DNA from: Leptogorgia sarmentosa
Taxonomy: Eukaryota
NCBI GenBank assembly: GCA_964658305.1
Contig: OZ210885.1
Location: 17,298,001-17,362,000 of the forward strand
Reading direction: 5' to 3'
DNA length: 64,000 nt
The notes beneath the pieces were generated by a model. It made no database searches. It saw only the letters and a list, made by a program, of their open reading frames with translations, and was not told the origin of the DNA. The position numbers and the translations under genes are program-made. This document shows, one piece after another, positions 13,070 to 27,600 of this stretch (positions are counted from its first letter, which is position 1; each line of letters begins with the position of its first letter).

Positions 13070-13370
13070 GTGATGTATTCCTTAAATTATTTTATTAGCG
13101 CAGTTCAATATGCATTAGACGTGAAAAATTATCACGATTTGTTTCTGAAGGTTAAGCAATACGAAGTGTTAGCGACATTGATTTTAAGAAAAGACACTGT
13201 CACAGTTCTTCCAACATGGTATGGAAAATCGGTCCTGTTCCACCTCTTCCCTTTTGTATTCGATTTTTTCAGTTCGAAGGGCAGAAGAAGCATACAAGAT
13301 GAAAGTATGGTTTAGTTATCACACCATTAACTGCTTTGATAGAAGATCAAATGGCTTCCCTAAAACGTTG
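13070..13370 (+). pseudogene. RecQ-like SF2 helicase N-terminal fragment (AcademH accessory gene), truncated
   Basis: LKVKQYEVL...KDTVTVLPTWYGKS (motif I-like) then, after a frameshift, VITPLTALIEDQMASL (motif Ia); head-to-head with the transposase remnant. Confidence 0.7.
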
Positions 13371-15510
13371 AGACACTACATTGTCAATAAACGTACGAGC
13401 TACTGTCTCTTCTTTCTGATCAGCCATTGGGACCGCTTCGACCCATTTAGTGAAGTGGTCACTCATCACTACAACATACTGGTGCCCTTGTGCTGTTAGT
13501 GGGAGGGGTCCTAAGATGTCCATTGCCCACAACTCCATCGGTTGAGATACTCGGATGTTCTCCATGGGGGAACGGTGGGGTGCTGACGACGATTTCCTTT
13601 GGTTGCACACATCACACTGTGCAACCCACAGATGCACCTCGCTGGTCATTCCAGGCCAGTAATACCACGGCTGCAAACGTTCGACGCAGCGATTAATACC
13701 CATGTGCCCAGAAGTAGGATCATTATGAGAGAGCCGCAACAGATCCGCCCGCATTTTCTGAGGAACTACAAGAACAAGACCATCTTTCCGACCACTTGTT
13801 GATATGCGTCGATGCAAAACACCGTCGATGCAAAATGGGTGTTCAAGGGTGTTCAACCTTGCCTGAAGTACAGTTGAGACAACTGGATTAACGTGCTGTG
13901 CCTGACAAATCTCTTCCCGGGACCATTCGGTTTCAATAAGAGTGGGTCTAACCCCGATGACGATCTCCTCATCTGGTAAATGAGGGTGACTGACGACTGT
14001 AGTTGGAAGAGGGGACTGTGAAAGGGCATCTGCATTACTGTTCTAATGACCCGGCCGGTGGACGATGGCAAAGTCATATTCTTGAAGGGTTAAGATGCAA
14101 CATGCTAAGCGACCTTTGGGTTCTTTTAGTCCCTGAAGCCAAGTTAAACTTTGATGGTCTGTAACCACTTGAAATGCCTTTCCCAGTAGGTAGGGACGCC
14201 AGTAGTGAATGGCCCACACAATGGCCAGACACTCTTTCTCAGTTGTCGAATAATTCTTCTCCGCTAATGTGAATGACCAACTAGCATAGCAAACGACATA
14301 TTCGCTGTAAACAGTGAAAGGAATCGTAAAATTGGGCAAGGTAAGGATAGGTGCAGTGGATAAGTGGGTTTTTAGGGTATGGAACGCTTGCTGTGCTGCT
14401 AGTGTCCAACAAAATTCTCTGCCTCCTTTGGTTAGTTTATGCAGAGGAGCAGCAAATATCCGACATACCTGCGGTAGTAGTAGGCCATTCCTACAAATGC
14501 TCTGACATCCGACAACAACGACGGTGTCAGAAAATCTTCTACGGTTTGGACTTTTTCTGGGTTTGGATGGATTCCCCTTGCAGATACAATATGTCCCAAA
14601 AACTGAACCGATTCACGTCCGAACCGACATTTCGTTCCCTTGAGCTTCAAGCCAGCTGCTTTGATTCTGCTCTGAAAGATAATGATGTCATCGATAAATA
14701 CCAGACAGCCGCTCATCCCATGGAGAAGTTTCGTCATCATTCGCTGAAAGGTGGCTGGGGCGTTTGTCAAGCCGAAGGGCATAACAGTGAACTCGTAATG
14801 ATTTGGGCATAATGTGTGAACGCGGTTTTAGGAATATCCTCTTCTCTCAGAGGGACCTTCCAGTAGCCTGAAGCCAAATTTAATGTGCTAAAGAAGCGTG
14901 CTCCACCGAGTTTGTCAAGGATCTCATCTACCCGCGGCATTGGAAACGCATCCTTCCTGGTAACTGCGTTTAAATGCTGAAAATCGACACAGAAACGATA
15001 ATCACCGTCCTTCTTGGGGCGATTACAATTGGAGAGGACCACGGGCTGTCGCTTGGCCTAATGAGACCTCAAGCAAGCATTTCATCAACTTGATTATTCA
15101 CCACTTTGTTTAAATGGACAGGTATTCTGTATGGTCGTTGTTTGACTGGTCGACTGGGCCCAGGGTCAATAGAATGTTCAACATCCTTAGTCAGGCGCAA
15201 GGGATCATCCGGTCCATTTACAAACACGTCTGCATATTTCTCCAGCAGAACCAATAATTTGTTGATAGTTGGTGCAGCCGCTTCAATAAGCAGTTGCGTC
15301 TCCCCGCCTGCCATGACAAACGTTCCTGTGCAATGTTAACAACCATTCCGTTCGCTTTCAAGAAATCGGCACCGAAGATACACTGGTTCTGCATATTTAC
15401 TACCGCAAAAGTGTGGACTACATTTAAACCGTTCACTCGTACATGAATATCAGTCATGGCAATCACGTGCAAGTGCTCTCCACCAACTCCTCGTGCCCTT
15501 AATTTACATT
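13365..15510 (-). mobile_element. Gypsy/Ty3 LTR retrotransposon pol remnant (protease, RT, RNase H, integrase), no LTRs seen
   Basis: CIFGADFL; YRFCVDFQHLN; MPFGLTNAPATFQRMM; FIDDII; NYSTTEKECLAIVWA; HNDPTSGHMG...CDVC; WAMDILGPLP; many frameshifts. Confidence 0.9.
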
Positions 15511-15519
15511 CCCGTATGT

Positions 15520-18500
15520 GTCCTTGTTGTTACCCTGCTCAAACCAACATAATGTATATGCGGTAAAGCTTTTCTTGTGTTAAAGTTCACCACAATTTTT
15601 GGTTCAGTGTCACCTTGAGAACGATGAATTGTCTTTGCTGCAGCAGGTCTAAGTGGAAACTGTTTTCTTACAACTTGTGCACTTTGATTCTTGCCCACAC
15701 CAAATTGAGTGGTAATTGGTTTTATTGGAGTCCATGTTGACTGAATACCTTGACCATAAAGATTTCTATTTTCATGCCTGGTTTTTTCACCTACATCTGA
15801 ATGGTCAAACTGTACCCATATTATACCTGATGGTTTATCTCTTTGATTTAATTGTATCTTCTTGACAATATTCCCAGCACCATTGGTCATGCCATGATCA
15901 CTGCGTACATTTAATGCTATTTCAGTTCTTTCTCCACATGACAGACGAAGGTTTGAAGCAATTTGTTTTGTTTTTCGTGGATCATCAGGTATTTGACTCA
16001 AAATTTTATCTTGAAGCTGAAACAAGTTTGCCCTATGACACTGTCCACTGCTTTAATGGAAACCTTTTCTCCAGTTGCAGCATTATGGACCTTTTCATTG
16101 AATTCGTTGACTTTCTGATTTTGTATGAACAAATGGGGGGCATGCATTGGCTCTTGTATTCTATTTCCATCTATTATCCTTTCTTTCAGTTTCAGAATAT
16201 CGTCTTTTGTATGGTTTCCTTCCCTCAGTCTGTTTAGTATTTCAGCAAAAACCTTGCTTTCTCTCTGTCGCATTATTTCTTCGAGTTCAAACATATTAAA
16301 GTATTCTTCCCATTTATTGGGAGCAAGAATTGCATATTCTGAGTTGTCTAGATTCCTAAATATATACCTATCCATTACAGCGGGAAGTTGAAATAAGTCA
16401 CCAAATGCAACTATGCTTACACCCCCAAACTCATTTTTACTCCCCTTGATGTCTTTTAATCTATTATTGATCTGAACATTAAACATTGTACTACCAACCA
16501 TGGATATCTCATCCAAAAATATTAGCTTTAAACCATCAAGCTGACACCTCAAAGTGTTTAGTCTACTTGAGTCAAGTGCTTTATAATTTTTTAAGGACTG
16601 CGATGCTGGTATAGCAAATGCATTATGAATTGTGTTACCTTTAATGTTAAAAGCTGCTTTACCAGTTGATGCAAGCAGTAAAATTTTGACTTCATAAAAA
16701 TCATCGCCGGCTCTAGTATTATAATATTTCAAACCTGCTTGGTATAAACATTTAGTGAGATGTGATTTCCCAACTCCAGCTCCTCCACTCAGAAAACAAT
16801 AGAAAGGATTGTCAGAAGTTTTGATTAGATGTAAAACATGATAAAATAATTCTTTTTGTTCTTTGTTGAGCTTTTGTACCATAGTTCTATAAACATCATC
16901 ATGTTCTTCATGTAATATTAGTTGTTCAGTATTGGATGCTGTTAAAGGAATTTCAAGATCACCAGAAAGATCATAGTTTGGATTTAATTGTGGATGAAGA
17001 TCTAGTGTACCTTCGACTCATCTTGACGCTCAACATTTTGTGTTCCTGGGGCAACTAAGTCATACTTGTCAGCGTTATCTTCCATATTATCAAGCTGTTC
17101 TTGGATATCATCAAGGTCTTCACTACAAATAGCATACTGTTTCATTTGTTGATCAATTGTAGTTTTCACTTTTAAAAAGTGCTCTTGATAGGAAGAACAT
17201 TTTTTTATTAAATCAGTTGTTTAATTTATCCATGATGTAAATAGCATGATCAGTTCACAGTAGTGTTTCTCAGAATCAACTTCCTTGTTGAAACATACAC
17301 TTCGAATAATCCTAGCTTTAGATCTTTTTTTATTTTTTCGTTCATATTCTCTTTCCTCATTGTCGTCATCATCATTATCATCCATATTTGTCTCCACAGG
17401 ATAGCTATCACTATCTAGTTCATTAGTTGGTTTGATATATGGCTTACCAGAACAATCATACCAGGCAGCCCAATCAGCAAGAGCATAAACATCATTGGAA
17501 TCATCTTCCATATGATTTATTTCTTTCAATGGCTTTAGTAACTGAACTCTTTCCTGTTTCCTGAAAGTGTTTACAAAGACTACCTGGCGAGATGATTTTC
17601 TCATAGGAAGTTTTGCAGTACAATGTAGACTGCTTCTTGTGCACTTATTTCAACATTGTTCACTTATTTCAACTTGTTTCCAATGTCTCTTACTTGTTGC
17701 TTAATATTGGAGTTTCCTGCTCTTGCTTCTTCACAAGCAGATCTTAAAAGGTCGCTCATACCTTTTTGTGCCTTGGATATATACGATACAATGTATAGTG
17801 CACATGCATAAACATCAAGTACAAATTGAATATCCATGGTAGCTTGCCATGCACTAAGACATGCTGCATTATAATTGTTGATCCTTAATTCATTTGGTTG
17901 TCTTTTTAAGAATATAGTTGGTGTCTTCAGACTGGATTGATTAGCTAGCAAAAAATTTTGTTCTGTCAGTTTATCAATAACTGATCAAATGTAATGTCCT
18001 CGCCCTCTTTCATATAATTCAGATGTTGTTTAATAAACTTCCAATCATTTCCGTGTTTTTCCAGTTCATTATTATCCATATAAGTATCTAATGGATATAG
18101 AATTGTTGTTGACTTCATTGGTGGTTGTGGGTAATTAAAGCGGCATACAGTTTTTGATTTCTTTCGACAAGTGTGAGAATGGCAATGAACCTGTCTATTT
18201 ACAAGTGCAAGTAACTCTGGATTTTCAACTGGTTTTTCACATGTGATTACTTTATCAATGAATGAAACAACATCATAGTCAAAATCTACACCAAACCTAG
18301 GAGCATTTTCTAACCATATTAACATATGAATATGAGGTGATCCCCTCTGTTGATATTCAACTCTGTAAAACCAGTCTGCAATTTTGCCTAGAGGTGCAGG
18401 TTCACTCAAAAGAAAAATTTTCAAAAATTTCTGTACTTGATAATCAAAGTGCTTAGCACATGTCACTGGATCACTCTGAATTAAGATGCTCTTTTCTTCC

Positions 18501-18700
18501 CAATTGAGATTTTCAAGCTCACTGTCAGTGTATTGTTTGTTATCAACAAGCTTACCAAGTATTCTGATTTAATGAATCTATTGTGTTTCCGCAGAAGAGA
18601 AACTACATAATAATGAAGCAGGACCTAATTGCCTAATCATTGCAAATATGTCCTTTTCGGCTTTTTCAAAATATGGAGGTGAACCCCTGACACAGGGTTT
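15520..18700 (-). mobile_element. Helitron (Helentron-type) Rep-PIF1 helicase remnant
   Basis: HUH motif VEYQQRGSPHIHMLIW, YIVSYISK, Walker A GGAGVGKS, DEISM, GDLFQL, TIHRSQG, YVGLSRV; fragmented. Confidence 0.9.
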
Positions 18701-18879
18701 CCACTTTGATGGAAATTTCCATAATTTATGGAAATTTTGTAGCGAAATGGAATTTTTCATGGTATAACTGCAAAAGTCTGAACAAGAATCACCTTCGACA
18801 GATGTATGTCCTCCAGAAAATAATGTGGATGATAATTTGGATGATGATCTTTCGGATTTGGAGCAAACAACTGAGTCTT

Positions 18880-19100
18880 TCACTTACGGAACTGCTCTTT
18901 ACGTTAAAAATGATGTTCAACTTATCTCAGAACTGTTAAGATGCAATTACAATGATGTTGAAATGACGTTACTTAAAGCTAACCAACCAGTAAAAAATTT
19001 ACATATCGTAGCAATTTATCGCTCTGCATCAAAGGTGAAAATCTCAAGGTTTATAAATGCCTTAAAACATTTGCATTCTACTTTTTTAAATGATGCAAGT
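18880..19100 (+). pseudogene. APE-like endonuclease fragment, possibly the Helentron C-terminal EN domain in inverted orientation
   Basis: YGTALYVKN...LHIVAIYRS resembles the EEP-domain G-x-ALY and YRS motifs. Confidence 0.5.
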
Positions 19101-19101
19101 A

Positions 19102-21960
19102 TATGGTGTCCCATGTCTGCCAAAAATCAACTTTTGTATTTCACCATATCATATTTTGAGATCATATTATTTCCTGTTTAAAATAACTTTGTTTGTGTTT
19201 TATTGAAACTATAACTTTGTTTCTGAAGATCACCCAGTTTATTGGTTGAAAACACAACTTATTTTTTGAAACCCAACTTTTGATTCCCAACCGCAATCCA
19301 ATGTCTTTGTTGCTCACGCGCTCATATTGAAGAACATTTTCAAAATAGAAGAAGAAGACAAACAGTACTTGCTACAGGCTATTTTTGATGTGATAAATTC
19401 TATTGACCGTTTTTCACAGTCTCGAGATGCAAGTGTAGACTACCAAGAGCAGACTACCAAGAGCTTATGCTGAAACTTGATTTTTTACGACGAATATTAG
19501 TGAATATTAATGAATATTTTATGTTGATGATTCCATTTGTGCTGACGTTGGAGAGGCATATAACATTCTTTTCAATATGGAACAACGTATAGAAAACCAA
19601 TCCAGACGAGATGTCCAAACACTGAATGAAGAAAATTATGCTTCTTGTCATATTTCTGGGAGTAAACGTGGCCGACCCTCGTACAACATAAAAGAAGAAC
19701 AATTGTCGTTTCTTCTAGAAAAGGGGTTCAAGGCCTGCGAAATCAGCAAAATAATAGGGGTCGGCAAGCGGACAATTGAGAGAAGAATGGAGTTTTTTGG
19801 ACTCTCTGCATCAGGTAATTTGTGTTATTTATTATCAAATGCTGGAGAATTAAAAGACAACTTTTGGGGAGCAATTATAGAATACAATTAATACAAATTA
19901 TGCAACAAATTTTCTGCATAAATTTGTGGGGAGAAAATTGGGAGGGGGTGGTAATTGGGTGAAACCTGTTTGACAATATAAACCTATGACAGGATATGTG
20001 GTAGAAATCGCAGTTTTGTGTTAAAGTTGACTACGTATACCAGTATGGAAAATGGTTGAAATGAGAAAACTTTGATTAAAAATTTTACTACATATTTCTT
20101 AGGCATGTTCAGTAATATTTGAGTTGATGAACTTGATGACATGATGAGAGAAGCTTCGAATAGCCATCCCAACTTTGGTTTGAGGATGATGAAAGGATAT
20201 CTCCAAAGTAAAGGTGTCCGTGTCCAGCGCAAGAGAATACGACATTCTTTTTTGCGAATTGATCCTATTGGTTTAATGCAACGCTGGAAGATGGCCATCA
20301 AAAGGCAGGAATGTGAAATATCCACTCTCTCTGGCATATTGATGGAAAACACAAGCTCATTAAGTAAGATCAGATTGCTCATCAATTAGGCCAACAGGTG
20401 TTTTCATTAAATACTAACGTATATTAATTGTCTTGCTTGCTAGTTGGCGAATTGTTGTCCATGGAGGAATAGATGGTTATTCTAGAATGCCAGTATACTT
20501 AAAAGCATCAGACAACAACCGTGCTGAAACAGTCTTGCAAGAATTTCTACAAAGCATTGAAGAGTTTGGCCTTCCATCCGTGTGTCTGCTCTGATAAAGG
20601 TGGTGAAAATGTCGATGTTGCGGCCTATAAGCTTTCTCACCCCCAACGTGGTCCTGACAGAGGTAGTATGATAACAGGTTTGTACTGTAAATACTTAAAT
20701 AATCTGTACTAATTGCATTTTCAATTATTTTTCTCAAAGCGATTTTAAAATTTTCAAGTGACTTTTTACATCTTTGCATCTTTGAAATTTCACTAGGTAA
20801 AAGTACGCACAACCAACGAATTGAGCGGTTGTGGCGAGATGTATTCAGTGGTTGCCTCAGCCTATTTTATGGACTTTTTCTGACAATGGAGGAAGAAGGG
20901 ATTCTTGACCAGGAAAACGACACACATATTTGGTGCCTGCATTATGTCTTTTTGCCCTTAATTAATGAACATATTCACAATTGGAGAGACGCATGGATTC
21001 ATCATCCAGTCCGGACAGAGAACAACCAGACACCATTTAAACTTTGGGTTACTGGGCTTTAACAAGCTAGAACAGCGGAAGCAAGTTGGATAATAGAAAC
21101 ACTGCAGGTAGGCATTTAATTAAGAAGTGTTTAGAGGAATTGTTAATTCATTCTTGTGCTGCATTTGTAACTAGACAAATGCACTTTAGATCATGACCAT
21201 ATGTTTTTTACAGGAACCTGTTGAGTATTACGGCATTGATTGGGCTGCACCAATCCCAGATCAAATGCCTGAGAAAGTGGAGGTTCCATGTGTGGAATGT
21301 CCATTCAATGAAGAGCAGTTGGGTGATTTACCAGAAAATACTTGTCATACTCATCAAGAAGGCATTGAATTGTTCCTGCAAATCCTTGAGTTACTTTAAC
21401 TACATAGCTATTGTTGAAGTTTAGTTGATCCGTTCAGCATAGCCCACTGCAGTGCGCCCCACCTTTTTTTTATATTCTGCAATGCCAGACTATTTTACTA
21501 GTCAATGGGAAAGCTATACAACACAATGGTTAATGTTGAAAATTTAGAAAGAAGCTAACTTCAACTTCATGTTTTCATTCACTTACATTTGTCCAACAAA
21601 ACTAGTCCTTAAATTTAAATAAGAAATTTTAAAATTAAACATCTTAATGTGTTTAATGTCTTTTGCATATGTGAGTCTAACAAAACTGATCCTTAAATTT
21701 GAATAACAAGATTGAACTTGAATGGATGATGCATCCTTAGTTGAAGACAAATCCTGTAGTATGACAAGCCAAACATGTCAAAAGTGTTAAATAATAGAAA
21801 TTGTAAGTTGAAATACAATGTTTGGTAGTTGAGATTTAAAATTCAGTTGACGAGTTTGAAAATTAACACGTTGAGAAAATAAATAGTAGTCGAGAATAAA
21901 AATTGACTGGTTGAGATTAAAAATTCGCACGTTGAGATTTATGAAGCACTGTATGAGTAA
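19102..21960 (+). mobile_element. IS3EU-like DNA transposon; left terminus present, right end truncated
   Basis: Starts TATGGTGTCCCATGTCTGCC; short subterminal repeats at 19180-19280 and 21830-21940; IS3/IS481-like integrase core inside. Confidence 0.7.
19330..21399 (+). pseudogene. Spliced IS3EU-type DDE transposase with HTH and integrase core, disrupted
   Basis: RGRPSYNIKEEQLSFLLE (HTH); HPNFGLRMMKGYL; WHIDGKHKL; VHGGIDGYSR; SDKGGENVDV; GKSTHNQRIERLWRDVF; GT-AG introns near 19815, 20364, 20678, 21108; stops and frameshifts. Confidence 0.85.
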
Positions 21961-21983
21961 TATTATTCACGCAATGCTGAAAG

Positions 21984-22215
21984 CAGTGCTTCCACAAATC
22001 AGAATTGAAATTTCCTTTTTCCAGGATCAAATTTCCCTTTTTTAAATAAAATTTCCTTCCAAAAATCATGTAATTTCCTGTAAAATTTCCTTGCCATATT
22101 CTCATGAATATTGACGATTCTATCATTGCCTAGTCAAATATATTGGAAACTTAGAATAGTGAACTCTTCTCATTTATAAACCCGGAGCGACAAGTATTTG
22201 GCAAATTAAATATAA
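21984..22215 (+). repeat. hAT-like element end, copy 1 (element probably continues further right)
   Basis: Starts CAGTGCTTCCACA; 232 bp nearly identical (3 differences counted by eye) to 57253-57484. Confidence 0.7.
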
Positions 22216-24654
22216 TGTGAATATTTCGCTGAATGTCCCGACCGGAGGGTCAATAAATCCGAAAAAAATACTTTGATAAAAAAGAGAGATCAGGCTCTGC
22301 TATTTTTAATCTTCAAAACAAACAGTGTAATTTCCCGCAAATTTGGGGAGCTAGATCATCAGTTGACGATGAATTCGTCCAATTTCGTCGGATCATCCAC
22401 ATATTGCCTTTTCATGGTTTTACACGAGCGATTTTTGGCCTAGCTAGTTATTATTATTGTTAATTTTTTAAGCTCACTTTGAAATCTAATATCTAAAAAT
22501 CTAACGTTTACGAGTTCGTACGAACTACTAATGTCTGGCTATATTATACGATTTTGCTCAAGTGGATTCATTATTCGTTGGATTTAGTTATAACTGTATA
22601 ACAGTACTTCCCGTATATATATCATCCTTCCTATCAAGTTTGGTCAACATACAGTCCACGAAACCGGAATTTTTTAACCTCACTTATGAGTGACGCTGTA
22701 GTCCATCAACGGCTCATTAATATTCATTTTATCATACACATTCATTTTTGGGGATTCCCCATGTTATGCTAATTATAGGAAACTATTTGGATTCTACCGT
22801 GCGCTTAATATCAGTATATAATTATTTGGATTCTATCATTCATTTGTTGTCATATGTCCATTATGTTCCAATACCCAATCAATAACAACATTCGTAATAA
22901 CTCAGACCACTCCCTCCCACATCCCCTCTACCCGTACCATCCATTATTGATCTAAGCATTCATGAAGATGAGAACATTGTCACAACTCCACCTAGACCAA
23001 CTGGAAATTCCACTCCTAACCATCACACCGGATGCAATACTCACAAATGCAAGATTCACTCCTTAATCTCCCAACCCATTCTAATACCAACCTCAACATG
23101 CATGATTTCCCTCCTGATCCAGTGGTCGCATTAAATGGTTGTACTACCGTGCAAGATGAGGATGTATCAAGCAACTCCCACACCCAACATACACCTACTC
23201 CACATACCCCTTCGTCTCCTACAACGGCTTCCCAAAACCCGTTCATCATTCCCCCTCCTTTATCCGAAGTCCTTACCCCTCATCTTTTATACCACCAACA
23301 ATTCCTCCAACTGACCATACCAATCCCAAATCCCCCCTCCAATCGCCAAGTTGACCCCTTCCAACAAAGTTGGTTAAACTCTTTCCAAAACACCAACAAC
23401 TGGACTGAGTTCTTGGACGAATGCTACAAATTCTCCGAAGATGTCATGAAAACCAGCTCTGAGAGACTTCCCAAGAAAAACTCTGTCGCCCCTATAGACC
23501 CTCAGCATGCCCAATTAATAAAAACAGAACCCCACTGCGATATAACCCACACGAAGCCAAAAAGATCCAGGCACTATATTGTATGTCTAAAAAGCGTGCT
23601 GCAAGGAAAGTCCTTAATGAGAATTCACCATTATACCGGCTCGACGGACGACGCAAACTCTTTCTTCAATAAAGTCTTTGCACAAAAACAGTGTAACACA
23701 GATGAAATAAAGCGTGGCTTGGAAGAATTCGTCCCGTCTGCCCCAATAGATGAGAGCCTGTATTCCCCAATCACACCTGAAGAAGCTGCTAAAAAACTCT
23801 GTTCCCTATCCAATTCCGCTCCAGGATCGGACAAGGTAGAATACCATCATCTTCGATCTGTTGACCCAAAATGCATCATATTATCTTCCATCTTCAACCG
23901 ATGCCTATCCAAAAGTAATGTTCCTGACCAATGGAAAACGTCCTCCACCATCCTGATTCACAAAAAAGGTGACACCGCTGATGTTTCTAACTTCAGACCA
24001 ATAGCAGTGATGAGCTGTATATACAAGCTCCTTATGAGAATCATCGCGAACCGTCTGGTAAACTATTCCATCAATAAAAATCTCCTATAAGATGTCAAAA
24101 AAACTGCTCGGCCTACCGAAGGATGTTATGAACATACTTTCCTCCTACAATCCCTTGTTCTCGAAGCGAAACGAATTGGTAAAGAGCTTTATTTATCATG
24201 GTTAGATCTTAAAAACACGTTTGGCAGGGCCCCACAGTCATTGAAACCACCTTACAACATCTTGGCATCCCTCCAGGAATTTTGGTCCTCATCAAAAATG
24301 TTTACACCGACGCTACCACCCAAATCAATACTCCTTCTGGCACCACACCCCCCATTCCAATACTCACCGGTGTTAAGAAAGGATGCCCACTTTCTCCCAT
24401 CTTATTCAATCTTTGCAATGAAATTATCCTCCGATCAGTTATCGCGAAAGGTCAAACAAATGGTCCAGTCAAACATCACAGACAACAAATAAGTGTGTTA
24501 GCTTACGCTGATGACCTGGTTCTGATAGCGAAGGATCAATGGCTCCTACAACAACTTCTGGACGCCGCATGCACATCAGCATCGCTTATCGGCTTGCAGT
24601 TTAGACCCGACAAATGTGCCTCCCTGAGCCTCACATACTCAAAGAAACAGAAAA

Positions 24655-27600
24655 GGGCTGAACGGCATGGAGGTGGCACTGGTCTGATGTTTTGTGATTC
24701 ACTTAATGTTAAGAAAGTGGACGGAGTTATTATTTATCACCCACCATATACTGAGGAACATCCTATGACTGTAACAACTTTCTTCGATGAGTTTGCGAGA
24801 GATGGAATCCCTATTGTTATCAAAGGAACAACTTGTTATAGTGGGTGACATGAATATTGATGTGATGATGCAAATGATCTTGATTCATGTAAGTTTCTCG
24901 ACCTCTTAGAATCATTTGGATTAAAGCAGCATGTAGTGGAACATACTCATACTCACGGGCATATTCTTGACCTAGTTATCACACGCTCAGCTGAAAATAT
25001 TATTCAACATGTTCGTGTTGATCGCTATTTGTCGGATGATGGTGCTGTTATGTGTTACCTGGCATCGCCCAAGCCTCCACACTGTAAAACTCGAGGGGTA
25101 ATTATTACTCTTTCGGAGAGTAACTATTACCCATGTAAGAGGAGTAATCTATTTTGGGGTAGAAATTACTCCTAAATTGAGGGTAATTTGTAGTTTAGGG
25201 GTAGAATATAAAAGAGTAATTTGACATGGGGTAAATTTTACCCCTGTTACGAGGGTAGTTGATTGCGGTGTTACTCGGGTGTAAAATAAAAAGGGGTAAA
25301 AATTACCCCACGCTTACCCCCCAATTTTTCAAGATGGCGGTGACGATAAGGAGCGCCGAGATTTCTAAGCTATTTCTGCGCTGGCAATACTGAAATTCCG
25401 CAAGCTATTATCCAACATTTATCATTTACTAATGATGTTGAATAAACGGTCCACTCTTGGCAAATAACAAGGTAAGCCGAACAACATTATTCATTATTTT
25501 TGAAGTGTTTAATTACCGTCTTTATCAACGAAAGCATGCTATGTTTCTTTCCCCGCCGTGTATTCAATGTGTAGCTTTTGCCATTGTTATGAAATGTGAA
25601 TGAAGCTATGTTATTGCGCCTCACATATAAATGTTAAAAAGTGAAGCTGAAAGGACAAATAGTTTAATAATTCTCATACTGTGATTATTACTTTCAATAG
25701 ACGTAGTATTTGTACACAGAGCAGCACATTTGCTCGGAAAGGTCTGCTGTGAAGTTTGGTTGCAAAATATTTCACAATATGCATAGAATATACAGTCATG
25801 GAAATTTTGCGGATTTTGTATACTTTTGTATTATGTGCGCGCAAAGGCCTTACAATATTTCAAAATGTAATTCTAAATTTGTAGTCTTGCATGTTGCGCA
25901 TTTGTCCACATATCAAATTTAATCTGAAAGCAATAGAAACAAATGTTTGTAAATTTATCAAGTCGTGACACAATGATTAACTCTTCTGTGTCCACATGTT
26001 TCAAATCTACCAATCAGTGAATGCGCATTTTTGGCGCTGAATTACGATGGTAAAATAATGAAACAATCAGGCTTCTCCTCTTTCACGCTTCATCTTCGTT
26101 CGTGATCAAAGCAGTGTTGGGTTTGTATAACATCAACGCGTTTCACAGGTAAGCGCTTCTTATTTGTTTGATACACTGCATGTTTATACATACAAGCGTC
26201 GCTGTCGCGAAATCTGACTCTGAGTAGATCAATATATATTCAATTCAACAATATATGTGCGTTGATTAATATTGTATAATTCCTGCGTGATTTGTAAGTT
26301 GCACTTTTATGAACGAACTTATTGCCGCCAATGCGCACTGAATCCGATGGTTTATGTATGTCGGCGCGCTAACATAAACATAAGCAATAAATTCGGTGGC
26401 AATACCTAGCCAAATCTCTTCACTCTTCGTCAAGTATCAATTATATTTATATATATGCATGGCTTATTACATTCCAGCTGACTCTTACATTGTAGTATAT
26501 ATAGTTGCTATGAAATCTTAAAAGCTTTTAAAGTTTATTATACTCTATATATTGCTGAATTCCACGTTCAAATATTGCGTGTTGTTGCCACAAACTGATC
26601 AAGGTTAAGGTTCATTTGCGTTGTTGGAATGCAAAGAATGCGGGTTTGATCAATAACAGCATTCGGTGCTATTAAATTGTGTGTGTGTAATTTTGTATGT
26701 TGAAACTCTTCAAAATCAACAGTTTTGTTAAATGCTTTTGCTCATGTAAAAGTCATGTAAAATTTATTAGAACTTGTATACCTGTTTTCTAAATCTTATG
26801 CGGTGATTGTGTGGCGTGATTCATGTTTCAGTATGCATGCCTAGTCGGTAAGGAAATCATCAGTTCCTATGTAAACTACACACGCATTACTTTATTATGA
26901 ACCTCGATATGGAACTATTAAGATGTGTTCATTAAGAACAGACCCAACTTACTGTTTTTTGTGACATAATAGCCACGCTCTTATTCTGTAAATAATACAT
27001 GCAAACATGATATAGGTCATTTGTATATTTTCCAAAGCATCAGGCATTAGGCTTTGTGTATAATATATGTAGATTTGGAGAGACTAAATATCATTACATC
27101 GCATATGTTCAAGTCGCATGAAGATCTCCTATATTCCTAACCATTTTGTGTAGTGTATCTCATAAAAATTTGAAATTCTTTTGGTCGCAGATTGTTTGAA
27201 TATGAATTGAAATAACTCTTCATGTGCTGAAGTTTTGAGTTGGCACGACTTGAAACAGAACGTTGAGGGTCACGCCTTGCGAAGGTTGCAATTTTAATTC
27301 CTCATAGGTTCTGCTTGCATGCCAAAAAGAAAAAAATATGATGTATGAATTCCTCGCTGGAATAAAATTGGGCTTCAAAATATGAAATCGATGAAATATT
27401 GTACACGTAATGGGTAGGAAATCAACACAAATAATTTAGCTGGTTTGAGAATTGTATGAGCAATCTGCACATAAACGTCTACCTAATTACGAAGCGAGTT
27501 TTGAAATTATGAGATGCATGTATGAATATACCTGAATGTTGAATGTTAACTTTGATTTTTTTGCTCAAGTTCCACACTCAATTGGTCCAAGTTGTTAAAC

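Noticed and set aside
13070..13370. Host RecQ/WRN/BLM gene
   Set aside because: Short, frameshifted, paired with a transposase remnant and truncated by Gypsy sequence.
21941..21996. GAAGCACTG / CAGTGCTTC inverted pair as element termini
   Set aside because: Only 9 bp, outward-facing, no TSD; probably chance.
21917..22126. ORF MIESSIFMRIW..., also at 57159-57395
   Set aside because: Spurious frame across a duplicated non-coding element end; the copies diverge exactly at the repeat boundary.
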